A DNA stretch of 64,000 nucleotides from an uncultured Clostridia bacterium. GTDB taxonomy: Bacteria; Bacillota; Clostridia; Christensenellales; Aristaeellaceae. The translations under genes and the position numbers were made by a program. The DNA lies in NCBI GenBank assembly GCA_946538615.1, contig CAMNGW010000001.1:5166-69165 (forward strand), read 5' to 3'. The first letter of the stretch is position 1. Every line of letters begins with the position of its first letter. Of this stretch, positions 9,887 through 19,373 are shown piece by piece. The notes beneath the pieces are model-generated. The model was given only the letters and a program-made list of their open reading frames with translations, had not been told where the DNA came from and did not search any database.

Positions 9887-10666
9887 TCACACAAATTTCC
9901 AGGCCCGCAGCTGCGCGGCAAGCTTCTCAGCGCTGTCCCCGCCCGTCCAGACTTCATGTTCCGTCCCTGTCTCTGGCGGGAACACCCGCTCAACCTGCGT
10001 AGGGCTCCCTGAAAGGCCGTAATGTGACTCATCCGTGTCCAGGAAAGCCTCAAGGCCCAGAATATGGACCGGCTTGTCCGCAATTTCTCTGGCCTTTTTG
10101 AGGGAAGGCAGGCGCGGCATGCAGATATCTTTCTCCACCGTGATCAGACAGGGGAAAGGAATGTGCACTGTCTCAATCACATCCTGCAGCTGCTGCTCGG
10201 CGTCAACGCCATCCCCGCTCAGTGTAAGACGGGAGACCCATGCCGCATGGGGGATGCCGAGATGTTCCGCAATGGCGGGCCCGACCTGTGCTGTGTCCCC
10301 GTCGGTTGTCTGCCTGCCGCACAGCACGAGGTCAAAATCGCCCACGCTGCGGATGGCCTGTGACAGGGTGTAGCTTGTCGCCAGCACGTCCGCTCCGCCA
10401 AGCCGTCTGTCAGAAAACACGTACCCCTCATCTGCGCCCATCATGTAGGCTTCCCGGACAACAGCCTGCGCCTGGGGAGGACCCATGGTGCCAACTGTCA
10501 CCTTTGCCCCTGTGCTTTCTTTGATCCTCAGCGCAGTTTCAAGGGCATACAAATCATAAGGGTTCATTTTGCTTGCCACCCCGCTGCGCCTGAGCACACC
10601 TGTTTTTTCATCCACCTGCACTTTGTTTGTTGCAGGCACTTGTTTGATACAGACAAAAACTTGCAT
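9887..10666 (-). CDS. Electron transfer flavoprotein beta subunit (LctB-like)
   Basis: The protein starts MQVFVCIKQVPA, the canonical EtfB N-terminus. I chose the ATG at 10666 because GGAAGGA lies 9 nt upstream. The tracked ORF extends to 10684. Confidence 0.9.
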   Translation of the reverse strand: MQVFVCIKQVPATNKVQVDEKTGVLRRSGVASKMNPYDLYALETALRIKESTGAKVTVGTMGPPQAQAVVREAYMMGADEGYVFSDRRLGGADVLATSYTLSQAIRSVGDFDLVLCGRQTTDGDTAQVGPAIAEHLGIPHAAWVSRLTLSGDGVDAEQQLQDVIETVHIPFPCLITVEKDICMPRLPSLKKAREIADKPVHILGLEAFLDTDESHYGLSGSPTQVERVFPPETGTEHEVWTGGDSAEKLAAQLRAWKFV

Positions 10667-10825
10667 CGCGTCACATCCTTCCATGACGTTTTACGCGATT
10701 ATACCAGAAAGGTGGGGCACGGCATAGCTTCATCAGGATTTTTCGGCATTTTTTCACGACGTGTCTGTCCGGCTGTTGCCCCGGGCGCTCCCGCACCGCG
10801 GCACCCGCTTTGAAACCCATATACA

Positions 10826-10850
10826 GAAAAAGCTCCCCCCAGGGGAGCTT
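10826..10850 (-). terminator. Rho-independent terminator downstream of the GH130/DUF4434-like operon
   Basis: Stem aagctcccc (10830-10838) pairs with ggggagctt (10842-10850). On the minus strand it is followed by ttttt. Confidence 0.6.
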
Positions 10851-10879
10851 ATCCTGCGGCATATGCGCAAAAGCTTCTG

Positions 10880-11839
10880 TCAGTTCTTCTTTGCCAGTTC
10901 CATATAATCCGCGTACAGTTTTTCAGGTCGCGGGTCACCGTAGCCCGCTATGGAGCCCGGCTTTGACATAAGACCGGGATAGGCATAGACCAGCACCTTT
11001 TCAACCTGGTCCGATACAGCTTCAAGCTGTCTGCGGACTCTGTCAACAGGCGCCGGGAGCAGTGCGCTCCTGTAGACCTGTCCTTCAAAGGCAAAAATTT
11101 CCATGTCCACCCACAGCCTGCTTCTTCCGGCAGCGTCATGGGCTTTTTTCAGTCCGGCATAATATGCACCGGTCTCATCCGGCGTGGATTTTTCCACGCC
11201 CACTTCATCCTGATAGGCTATGATGTCCACGTCCAGTTCCTGCAGCTGCCTTACAAAGGTTGCATCCGGAACGATTTTGTTGGTCCCATACGGTGCAATC
11301 AGTATCTTCTTTTCCGGGTCCATCCCGCGCAGAAAACGGGCATATCTGGCCACATAATCCATAAAAACCGGAGAAAAGTATGGTCCGGCTTCCGTTTCAT
11401 CCGGCAGGTACCAGCCAACGAAAGCAGGGTTGTCCCTGTAGGCAGCATAAAGCTGTCCAGCGGCAGTCTTTGCCCTCTCTTCAACTTCCTTTGACTGCAT
11501 GTTGCCCAGGGGGTCCATCCAGTTCCCGTAAAAGCCGACAGAGAGGAAAACCTGCATGCCGTGTTCCCGTGCACCGTCCATCATGATGTCCATGGCATCA
11601 GGACAGGCCATGTCCTCCGGCTGCGGAAAAACAGTAACGGGCGCATAGCTCTCCGCGCTGTCCGCCGTGGGGAGGGAGGAACAGGTCAGGACAATCGTGT
11701 CCAGGCCCAGTTCTGCCATGTCATCGATCATGGCCCTCCACTGCTCTTTTGTGAAGGCGCGCAGAGCCGGATTGTAATATTTCCCTTCCCATGTGCTGTG
11801 GTGCCTGAACTCGAACCAGGCCCCTGTGATTTTCTTCAT
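10880..11839 (-). CDS. DUF4434-like putative glycoside hydrolase (TIM-barrel-like)
   Basis: 319 aa from the ATG at 11839, with GAGAGGA 8 nt upstream. The N-terminus MKKITGAWFEFRHHSTWEGKYYNP and the overall pattern resemble DUF4434 proteins as I remember them. It lies immediately downstream of GH130. Confidence 0.55.
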   Translation of the reverse strand: MKKITGAWFEFRHHSTWEGKYYNPALRAFTKEQWRAMIDDMAELGLDTIVLTCSSLPTADSAESYAPVTVFPQPEDMACPDAMDIMMDGAREHGMQVFLSVGFYGNWMDPLGNMQSKEVEERAKTAAGQLYAAYRDNPAFVGWYLPDETEAGPYFSPVFMDYVARYARFLRGMDPEKKILIAPYGTNKIVPDATFVRQLQELDVDIIAYQDEVGVEKSTPDETGAYYAGLKKAHDAAGRSRLWVDMEIFAFEGQVYRSALLPAPVDRVRRQLEAVSDQVEKVLVYAYPGLMSKPGSIAGYGDPRPEKLYADYMELAKKN

Positions 11840-11853
11840 CCCGGGACATCCTC

Positions 11854-12834
11854 TCACAGTGCATGTTCCTTGGTAAAGCGCACAAGCTCTTCAAGAGTCG
11901 TGAAGGCAAGGCCCGTCACCGTATCGGCGCACCCATAGTAAACAGCGATCCTTCCGGTATCTTTATCCGTCAGAGCCGCGCACGGGAACACCACATTGGG
12001 CACGTCACCCACGCATTCATACAGTTCCCAGGGGGCCATGAGGTAATCCTTGGAGCGGTACTTGACCTTCCACGGTTCATCCAGGTCCAGAAGCGCAGTG
12101 CCCATCCTGTATACGAACCCATTGCATGTCGTAATCACGCCGTGATAGATGAGCAGCCATCCCTCATCTGTCTCAATGGGCGCCGGGCCGGGTCCTACTT
12201 TGGTGCTCTGCCAGGCGGAGCAGTCATCCTTGATCGTACCGAAAAGATAGCGGTGCCTTCCCCAGAACTCCAGGTCCTTTGACTGGCTCACAAAGATATC
12301 GCCAAAAGGCGTGTGCCCGTTATCTGACGGGCGCGAGAGCATGACATACATACCGTTGATCTTCCTGGGGAAAAGGACGCCGTTGCGGTTAAAAGGCAGG
12401 AATGCATTTTCCAGCTGATGGAAAGTCTTGAAATCCTCGGTCCATGCGATTCCGATGGTCGGTCCGTGGTAGCCGTTGCACCAGGTCACGTAATACTTGC
12501 CGTCCATCATGGTGATCCGCGCATCGTACCGGTACTCTTTGGGTGTGGGCGCGTCCTGGAACACAATGGGCTCATCTTCAATTTTCCAGTGGTACCCATC
12601 CGGAGAAAAGCCGGCAAACAGGTCCATGCTGATGGAGCGGCTGTCACAGCGGAAAACACCGGCAAAGCCGTCTTTGAAGGGAACAACTGCACTGTTGAAC
12701 ACACTGTTGGACCGTTTGTTGCCGTGGCGGTCAATGATGGGATTGCCCGAGAAGCGCCAGATCGGTTCTGTACAGTTTTCAGGCTTGTCCTCCCAGGGAA
12801 TATTGGGAAGTGAAGTACCGGAAAGGATACGCAT
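11854..12834 (-). CDS. GH130 family beta-mannoside phosphorylase/hydrolase
   Basis: 326 aa from the ATG at 12834, with RBS GAAAGAGG. The typical GH130 N-terminus is NIPWEDKP....[10 protein letters not shown]....[20 protein letters not shown]. The tracked ORF extends upstream to 12921 without an RBS. Confidence 0.85.
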   Translation of the reverse strand: MRILSGTSLPNIPWEDKPENCTEPIWRFSGNPIIDRHGNKRSNSVFNSAVVPFKDGFAGVFRCDSRSISMDLFAGFSPDGYHWKIEDEPIVFQDAPTPKEYRYDARITMMDGKYYVTWCNGYHGPTIGIAWTEDFKTFHQLENAFLPFNRNGVLFPRKINGMYVMLSRPSDNGHTPFGDIFVSQSKDLEFWGRHRYLFGTIKDDCSAWQSTKVGPGPAPIETDEGWLLIYHGVITTCNGFVYRMGTALLDLDEPWKVKYRSKDYLMAPWELYECVGDVPNVVFPCAALTDKDTGRIAVYYGCADTVTGLAFTTLEELVRFTKEHAL

Positions 12835-12984
12835 GATTCCAACCTCTTTCTTTTTCTCTGTTTCAGGACCCGGACAGGTCGTACCTGAGCGCATTGTATG
12901 CTGTGACACTGCGCTTGTCAAGGAATCGGAAAAAGCAAGGTTAACCAGATAACCAAAACAATTCTGTAAAGTTCCGGACCATTA

Positions 12985-13013
12985 TTGACATTTAAGTCAA
13001 AATCTCTTATACT
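12985..13013 (+). promoter_or_regulatory. Putative sigma-70 promoter of the sugar ABC operon
   Basis: TTGACA (12985-12990), a 17-nt spacer, then TATACT (13008-13013). Confidence 0.45.
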
Positions 13014-13157
13014 GTCACTAACCTTATCGAATGGATATCAGAAAAAAGCAGTCACCGCTGTTTTTCTGCTTTCGTTTCCACCATGGAACCGGAACTTTTT
13101 TCCATTCTTTTGATCTGTTCTTTGTTAATTGTTAATAGTGCCGGAAGGAGTGGTAGG

Positions 13158-14138
13158 ATGAGTGTGAAATCCATCAAAAACACACAGAAGAAAAAAAGCG
13201 GAAGTAATGGAGCGTCGTTTGACAATCTGGAGATTTTCCTTCTCCACCTCCCAACGACCATCTGGTACTTTATCTTCTGTTACGTCCCCATGTTTGGTGT
13301 GCTGATTGCCTTCAAAGACTATAACATCAAACGTGGCAAATCCTTCCTGTGGTCCCTGCTGTACAACAGTCCCTGGGCCGGGTTCAAAAATTTTGAGTTC
13401 CTTTTCAAGTCCAGCTATTTCCCCATCATGCTCAAGACAACGATTATATATAATCTTATATTCATTGTACTGGGCATTCTGATTCCTGTAACGCTCGCAA
13501 TTCTCTTCAATGAGCTGTACTCCAAAAAGCTGGCCAAAACCTGCCAGACCATGATGTTCCTGCCCCACTTCCTGAGCTGGGTCGTCATTTCCTATTTTAT
13601 CTATGCTTTCCTTGCCACTGACCAGGGGCTTGTGAACAACCTCATTGTGCAGCTGACCGGGGTAAGCGGCCCCAAAGAGAACTGGTACCGTAATGTCACC
13701 TTCTGGATGTATTTCATTGTGTTCCTCAATGTCTGGAAAGGCATGGGGTACAACATGGTCGTGTACATGGCTTCCATCTCAGGCATTGACGCCGAGCTCT
13801 ATGAAGCCGCGCTCATCGACGGTGCAACGAAATCCCAGCAGGTCCGCTATATCACCCTGCCCCTTCTCCGACCGGTCATCTCCATTATGTTCATCATGGC
13901 CGTCGGCAACATCTTCCGCAGTGATTTCGGCCTGTTCTATCAAGCGCCGCGCAACTCCGGTGCCCTGGTCTCCGTTACGCAGACCATCGACGTATACGTC
14001 TATAAGGCCCTGCTCGAACGCAGTGACGTCAACTTCTCCTCAGCAGCAGCTTTCCTGCAGTCCGTGGTCGGCTGCCTGACCATTGTCGGCGCGAACCTGG
14101 TCGTCAAGAAGATTGACCCCGAATCGGGTCTGTTCTGA
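13158..14138 (+). CDS. Carbohydrate ABC transporter permease (LplB/YtcP-like)
   Basis: 326 aa from the ATG at 13158, with RBS GGAAGGAG. It is multi-TM and carries the EAA-type loop IDAELYEAALIDGA. Confidence 0.85.
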   Translation: MSVKSIKNTQKKKSGSNGASFDNLEIFLLHLPTTIWYFIFCYVPMFGVLIAFKDYNIKRGKSFLWSLLYNSPWAGFKNFEFLFKSSYFPIMLKTTIIYNLIFIVLGILIPVTLAILFNELYSKKLAKTCQTMMFLPHFLSWVVISYFIYAFLATDQGLVNNLIVQLTGVSGPKENWYRNVTFWMYFIVFLNVWKGMGYNMVVYMASISGIDAELYEAALIDGATKSQQVRYITLPLLRPVISIMFIMAVGNIFRSDFGLFYQAPRNSGALVSVTQTIDVYVYKALLERSDVNFSSAAAFLQSVVGCLTIVGANLVVKKIDPESGLF

Positions 14139-14166
14139 GAAGGCGTTTGTGAAAGGAGTGAGACGT

Positions 14167-15081
14167 ATGGCAAAAAAGAATTCTGTCCTTCAGTATACCC
14201 GTGTCAAACCCATGACAAACTTCTGGATCAGCGTCCTGTTCATCTTTCTGGCGCTGCTGTGCTTCCTGCCGGCCCTTCTGGTCGTGATCGTTTCCTTCTC
14301 ATCGGAAGCCTCCGTCCGCATCAAGGGCTACAGTTATATCCCTACAGAGTGGAGCGTTGCCGCTTACCAGTACCTTGCCAGACAGACCGGGTACATCGGG
14401 CGCGCTTTCCTGAATTCCATTGGCGTGACCATCGTCGGTACCTTACTGGGGCTTATCACCACAAGTACCATGGGGTACGCCCTGAGCCGTCCCAATTACC
14501 GGCTCCGCAAGTTCTTCACCTGGTACATCTTTATCCCCATGCTTTTCAGCGGCGGCCTTGTCGCCTCCTACGTGGTGAATGCACACGTCCTCGGTCTCAA
14601 GGATACCTACTGGGCGCTGATCCTGCCCATATGCTGTTCAAGTTTTTACTGCATCATCATGCGCCCCTTCTTCCAGACCACGGTTCCTGATGCCATTATT
14701 GAGTCTGCCAAGATCGATGGTGCACGGCAGATCCGCATTTTCCTTCAGATTGTGCTCCCCATTTCCCTTCCGGCTATCGCGACCATCGGTCTCTTCCTGA
14801 CCTTTGCCTACTGGAACGACTGGATGATGGCCAAGTATTATCTCTCAGGCAACTCGCAGGACCTCTATCCCCTGCAGTATGTTCTGATCTCTCTGGAAGA
14901 AAACATTACCTTCCTCACCCGCAACCGTGACATGATGACTGCCGGCACTGCCTCGCAGGTTCCTTCGGAAACCGTGCGTATGGCCATGGTTGTCATCTCT
15001 GTTGTCCCGATCGCCTGCTCCTATCCTTTCTTCCAGAAATATTTCGTCTCCGGTCTGACGATCGGTGCTGTTAAAGGTTAA
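14167..15081 (+). CDS. Carbohydrate ABC transporter permease (LplC/YteP-like)
   Basis: 304 aa from the ATG at 14167, with RBS GAAAGGAG. The EAA loop is IIESAKIDGARQIRIF. Confidence 0.85.
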   Translation: MAKKNSVLQYTRVKPMTNFWISVLFIFLALLCFLPALLVVIVSFSSEASVRIKGYSYIPTEWSVAAYQYLARQTGYIGRAFLNSIGVTIVGTLLGLITTSTMGYALSRPNYRLRKFFTWYIFIPMLFSGGLVASYVVNAHVLGLKDTYWALILPICCSSFYCIIMRPFFQTTVPDAIIESAKIDGARQIRIFLQIVLPISLPAIATIGLFLTFAYWNDWMMAKYYLSGNSQDLYPLQYVLISLEENITFLTRNRDMMTAGTASQVPSETVRMAMVVISVVPIACSYPFFQKYFVSGLTIGAVKG

Positions 15082-15131
15082 GGTTACAACAGCATACGCT
15101 GTGTAATAAATTACAAAGGAGGGTTTCGTTC

Positions 15132-16640
15132 ATGAAGAAACTCGTTGCTATCCTTTTGGCTGCCATGATGATGCTCAGCATGGTTTCCTTCGCTTCTGCT
15201 GAGAGCGGTGGGGATTATGTGAAGCTGACCTGGGTCAACGGCAATGCGCCTGCCCCTATTGACAACGCTGAAGTGCTCGAAGAACTCAACAAGATCTCCC
15301 GCAAAGAACTGGGCGTCGAAGTTGATATCATCTACATGACCAGCGACCAGGTCCAGACCGCCATTCAGGCCGGTGAAGTCTATGACATGTATTTCACCTG
15401 CTCCTGGTACAACAATTTCAACAACAACGTCTCCAACGGCATCTTCGCCAACATCTGGGGCAAAGTACAGGAAGTCACCCCTGCTCTGTGGGCAACCATG
15501 CCTGAGAACATCTGGAACCTCGCCCGCTCCAGCGACGGCGGCCTCTATGCCATCCCGGTAAAGAAGGACTATGCTCCGATGAACTTCATCGTCTATGACG
15601 CACAGTTCGCCAAGGACGCTGGCATCGAAATCCCGGAAGCTATCTCCAGCTGGGATGAAATGACCCCCTACCTGGTGGCTATGAAAGAAGCCATGACCAA
15701 GGATCCTACCCTCGGACAGTACCCCGTCAACATCGGCGGCGCTCCTGCCGGTATGGAATCTTCCTTCGACTTCATCGACCGCACACCGCTCATCGGCGTG
15801 AAGTTCGGCACCACTGAAGTCATCTCCGTGTTCGACGATCCCGATGTTGTGGAACGCTATCGCACCATGCACAAATGGCACGACATGGGTCTTGTCAATC
15901 CTGACGCTCCGACCCTGACTGAAGATGCCATCGACTCCAAACTGCACCATATCAGCTTCGTGCAGGCCTGGAACGATTATGATTACACGCCTTCCCGCGG
16001 TTTCTGGGTAGAAATGACCAAGTATTCCGGCCCGTTCGTCAACACCGACGGTGTCCAGGGTGCTATGACCGGCTTCGATGCCACCCTCGCTGACAATCCT
16101 GAGCGCCTTGAACTGTGCCTGAAGTATCAGGAACTGGTGAACACCAATAAAGAGTACCGCGATATCCTTGCTTTCGGTATCCCCGGAAAGCACTTCAACT
16201 ATCGTGACGTCATCGATGAGAACGGCAACAACCTCGGCCAGGTCGCCGTCCGCACCGAACTGGGCAAGAGCAACTACAGCCCGTGGCGCTTCTCCCAGGG
16301 CTCCTACTCCCTCAACTCTGTCGAAGCTTCCGAAGAGACCCTCAACGGCACCTATCCGCTGCCTGTTGTCGATCAGTGGGACAAATATTTCGCAGAGTGC
16401 GAGACCGCTCCTGAATCCAAGATCTCCGGCTTCACCTTCAACTCCTCTGCTTTCAATACGCAGTACACCGAAATCTCTGCGATTAAAGACGAGTACCTGA
16501 AGGACATCCAGTGCGGCGTTGTGGATCCTGACGTGGCGATCCCCGAAATGCGCGCTAAGCTCGAAGCTGCCGGCCTGAATGATATCATTGCCGAAGCACA
16601 GCGTCAGCTCGACGAATACCTCGCAAGCAAAGTTCAGTAA
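15132..16640 (+). CDS. Extracellular solute-binding protein of the sugar ABC transporter (large LplA-like type)
   Basis: 502 aa. The signal peptide is MKKLVAILLAAMMMLSMVSFASA and the RBS is AAGGAGGG. Its size and position after two permeases are typical of LplABC-type loci. No ATPase gene is present in the locus. Confidence 0.85.
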   Translation: MKKLVAILLAAMMMLSMVSFASAESGGDYVKLTWVNGNAPAPIDNAEVLEELNKISRKELGVEVDIIYMTSDQVQTAIQAGEVYDMYFTCSWYNNFNNNVSNGIFANIWGKVQEVTPALWATMPENIWNLARSSDGGLYAIPVKKDYAPMNFIVYDAQFAKDAGIEIPEAISSWDEMTPYLVAMKEAMTKDPTLGQYPVNIGGAPAGMESSFDFIDRTPLIGVKFGTTEVISVFDDPDVVERYRTMHKWHDMGLVNPDAPTLTEDAIDSKLHHISFVQAWNDYDYTPSRGFWVEMTKYSGPFVNTDGVQGAMTGFDATLADNPERLELCLKYQELVNTNKEYRDILAFGIPGKHFNYRDVIDENGNNLGQVAVRTELGKSNYSPWRFSQGSYSLNSVEASEETLNGTYPLPVVDQWDKYFAECETAPESKISGFTFNSSAFNTQYTEISAIKDEYLKDIQCGVVDPDVAIPEMRAKLEAAGLNDIIAEAQRQLDEYLASKVQ

Positions 16641-16652
16641 TCCTGACCTTTA

Positions 16653-16680
16653 CAGGGCGGCGAACGCCGCCCTGTTTTCT
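16653..16680 (+). terminator. Rho-independent terminator of the ABC operon
   Basis: The hairpin is cagggcggcg..cgccgccctg and is followed by ttttcttt. Confidence 0.7.
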
Positions 16681-16885
16681 TTGTGCTGCTTAAACGTTTA
16701 AGTATTCAAATGTTAAGCAGCATGGTCTGAACCCGTTCTGCCATATCCTGACTTTCCGGATGGCCTGAGGCGGGTTCCATATGCCTGTACGCATGGGCAC
16801 TGTTTGTTTCATCTTCTGCTGTCCACGCGCATTGGGCACAAGTACGCAGCAGAGCAGCTCAGATGTTCTGACAGAGAATTCACAA

Positions 16886-16929
16886 GGCCCCCATGCCCTG
16901 TGCCCAAAAGGGCAGAGGGCATGGGGGCC
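16886..16929 (-). terminator. Strong GC-rich hairpin 3' of the 389-aa secreted-protein gene
   Basis: 20-nt arms lie at 16886-16905 and 16910-16929 with one mismatch and loop aaaa. The hairpin is 17 nt downstream of the minus-strand stop. There is no clear T-tract. Confidence 0.45.
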
Positions 16930-16946
16930 AATGATCCGCTTTCCGC

Positions 16947-18116
16947 TCATTCCCCGCGGACAAACACAAATTCGTGTGCGGTCTCCTCCTTGGAGTCCAC
17001 CCAGCCCAGTCCTTTTTCCGTCCGGAAGAACCATCCATCAGATTCGGTGTACACAGCGTTTTCCGAGACAATTTCGCCGTTATCGCTGTATGCAGTTTCT
17101 GTTTTTGCACCATCTGTATAGGCCAGGTCGCCTGCAGCATCCAGCCTGCCGGTCATCTTCCACTCTGTCGCTTCGCTGGCGCCATCAGCCCAGGAAACCG
17201 CAATCTGGTACACTCCATCCTCAAGCGCCGTCACTTCCATCGAGGCACGCTCGCTGGTTTCATCGAACCATGTGCCAAGGTAATCTTCCTCCGAGGCAGG
17301 CTCCAGGCTCCCGCTGTCCCCAAAGTCGAACACGAGGGGCTCGTCATAGATCTCCTTTTTTGCCTGGCTGACGCCCGTCACCTTTCCGTCTGCAACGGTT
17401 AGCGTGATGAAAGCCTCCCCGGCAGCTGCGTTCTCATTGCCCAGAGAAAAATACTGCGTGTACCAGCCGTCTGTACTGTCCCTCAGCATCATGGTGTACA
17501 CCCCGTTTTCGCTGGCAGCTTCTTTCTCGACCACTGGTTCTTCAATACCCTCATCGTATGCATAGTACCCGGTCCCGGATTCATCCCAGTGGAAATCGTC
17601 CTTTTCTTCAAGCACAACAGTCACTGTGCCGTCCTCCCCGACTGAGAACCAGTCCCCCGTCACCTCCGGGACAACCTTTATACTTTCCAGGACCGACAGC
17701 ACATCCGGATTGGACAGGACGAAATCGTCACCTTTCACCATACTGAAGTACAGGGTGCCGTCCTTCCCCCTTGAAATGGCCGTAACACCGGAAAGCTCCG
17801 CAGAAGTGAATTCATAGCCTGTCCACTCATATCCCGCTGCCGTGAAAGGCTCCAGGTCCACGACATCTTCATAATAATCTTTGACATCAAAGAAAACCTC
17901 GCCCTGGGGATAATAGCTGACTGTCAGATACGGGGCACCAAACAGGATGTCGTTTCCCTTGAAAAGGGCCACCGACGATTCACCCAGGACCTTGCCGTTC
18001 CAGCCTTCCGGTACATCGACAGACAGGCGGCCCGCATCACAGACCCTGACTTCCTCTGCACCCGCCAGGGGCAGCATAAAACAAAACAACATCAGAACAG
18101 CAATCCATTTTTTCAT
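16947..18116 (-). CDS. Secreted hypothetical protein
   Basis: 389 aa. The signal peptide is MKKWIAVLMLFCFMLPLAGA. The protein is acidic and beta-rich, and I recognise no catalytic motif. Confidence 0.6.
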   Translation of the reverse strand: MKKWIAVLMLFCFMLPLAGAEEVRVCDAGRLSVDVPEGWNGKVLGESSVALFKGNDILFGAPYLTVSYYPQGEVFFDVKDYYEDVVDLEPFTAAGYEWTGYEFTSAELSGVTAISRGKDGTLYFSMVKGDDFVLSNPDVLSVLESIKVVPEVTGDWFSVGEDGTVTVVLEEKDDFHWDESGTGYYAYDEGIEEPVVEKEAASENGVYTMMLRDSTDGWYTQYFSLGNENAAAGEAFITLTVADGKVTGVSQAKKEIYDEPLVFDFGDSGSLEPASEEDYLGTWFDETSERASMEVTALEDGVYQIAVSWADGASEATEWKMTGRLDAAGDLAYTDGAKTETAYSDNGEIVSENAVYTESDGWFFRTEKGLGWVDSKEETAHEFVFVRGE

Positions 18117-18178
18117 CTTGCATTTTTCCTTTTGCCTGAAGCTCTGGTCCTCATGCGATTTACAGCGCCCATATTTTT

Positions 18179-19183
18179 TCAGGAACCGAACAATACTCCT
18201 GTATTTCCGCCATGGTCATCGCTTGCCCCGCTCCGGGCAAAGGCCAGAAGCGTCACAAACAGCAGGCTCAGATCCGTCTGCGTTGTGGTGACCCGGTAGA
18301 ACCCCCGCACAGGAACCAGCCCCGCCAGAATGGATTTCTTTGTCCCGCTTTCCTCGTGCACATTTTGGGAAGTGCTCTGGGCAGTTGCGATCTCCTGACC
18401 ATTGCGCAGAATTCTGAATTCCGTATGAAGGTCACCCGTCAGACCGGATTTCACTGAGATCCCATTCTCTTTCAGGTGCTTCCAGATGTCCTGCCCGTCA
18501 AAGGTAAATGTATAGTGGCTGTCCAGCGGCAGCGCATCCCACTCAGAAGATTCCTCGTGGCCGATCAGATGGGGCGTGGTCGTGCCGTGTTCGTGATCGA
18601 TGAAATCAAAGCCGTAAGGCGCTGTCAGGGTGAACTTTGTCATTTTCGCCTCATAAAGTACCTTTCCATCCGCATCCTCCAGACGGTGCCCGCCCTTGGA
18701 CGTGCCGGTGTCGGTGAGGAAGTACACCTTGCGTTCAGGCCCCTGCGCGCACTCAGGGTAAGCCTCAAAGACTTCCTTGTGGGCCTTCACCTTTTTCAGC
18801 GCTTTCCTTGTCCTGACCTGTGTCCCAATGACAACTGCCAGGATAAGAATGCCCACACCTATGACATACAGCCCTGCAAAACCTCCGCCATGTACCTCAG
18901 AAGGGTTCTTTGGGTCATACAGTACCTCTATGGTTTCCCCGGTCTGATGGGAGGAACTGTCCAGGTTCACCTCGCCTGAATACTCCGTCCCGTCCACCGT
19001 ATAGGCCACAGTGGCCCGGTACGTCTTTGAATCATCTGATACCTCTTCCACGATCTTCTGGATAGTCGCCTGCGTTTTCACGAATCCCATGGAATGAAAA
19101 AAGGTCAGGTAGATACCTCCCACAATGGCAACAACCGCCATGAACAGTGCCAGGTACCTGAAACCATTTTCTTTAAATGACAT
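18179..19183 (-). CDS. Membrane protein: N-terminal DUF3592-like module (TM - beta domain - TM) fused to a ~200-aa cytoplasmic domain of unknown function
   Basis: 334 aa from the ATG at 19183, with RBS AGGAGG. The pattern is TM, then YRATVAYTVDGTEYSG...IEVLYDPKNP, then a second TM. The tracked ORF reaches 19540, but that part overlaps the AraC gene and has no RBS. Confidence 0.65.
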   Translation of the reverse strand: MSFKENGFRYLALFMAVVAIVGGIYLTFFHSMGFVKTQATIQKIVEEVSDDSKTYRATVAYTVDGTEYSGEVNLDSSSHQTGETIEVLYDPKNPSEVHGGGFAGLYVIGVGILILAVVIGTQVRTRKALKKVKAHKEVFEAYPECAQGPERKVYFLTDTGTSKGGHRLEDADGKVLYEAKMTKFTLTAPYGFDFIDHEHGTTTPHLIGHEESSEWDALPLDSHYTFTFDGQDIWKHLKENGISVKSGLTGDLHTEFRILRNGQEIATAQSTSQNVHEESGTKKSILAGLVPVRGFYRVTTTQTDLSLLFVTLLAFARSGASDDHGGNTGVLFGS

Positions 19184-19373
19184 CACATTACCTCCTGATC
19201 TTTGTCGCATCCTCCTGGAAGATGCAGGCACAATTATATTAAAATAAAGCTTCCGCTCAAGTCTTTCCGGCTCTTTGTTACAACCCGCACATTGACACGG
19301 ACCATAAATACCCTTACTGCGTACTGCCTGCACCCATACCCTATCCTGTCCCTGATCTGTCCGGGACACCCTG

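Noticed and set aside
15111-16193. 360-aa minus-strand ORF opposite the sugar SBP gene.
   Set aside because: It is antisense to a plus-strand ORF with a clear signal peptide, RBS and operon context. The product is low-complexity (rich in G/D/V/A/H) with no start context. This is typical of spurious long antisense frames in GC-rich coding DNA.
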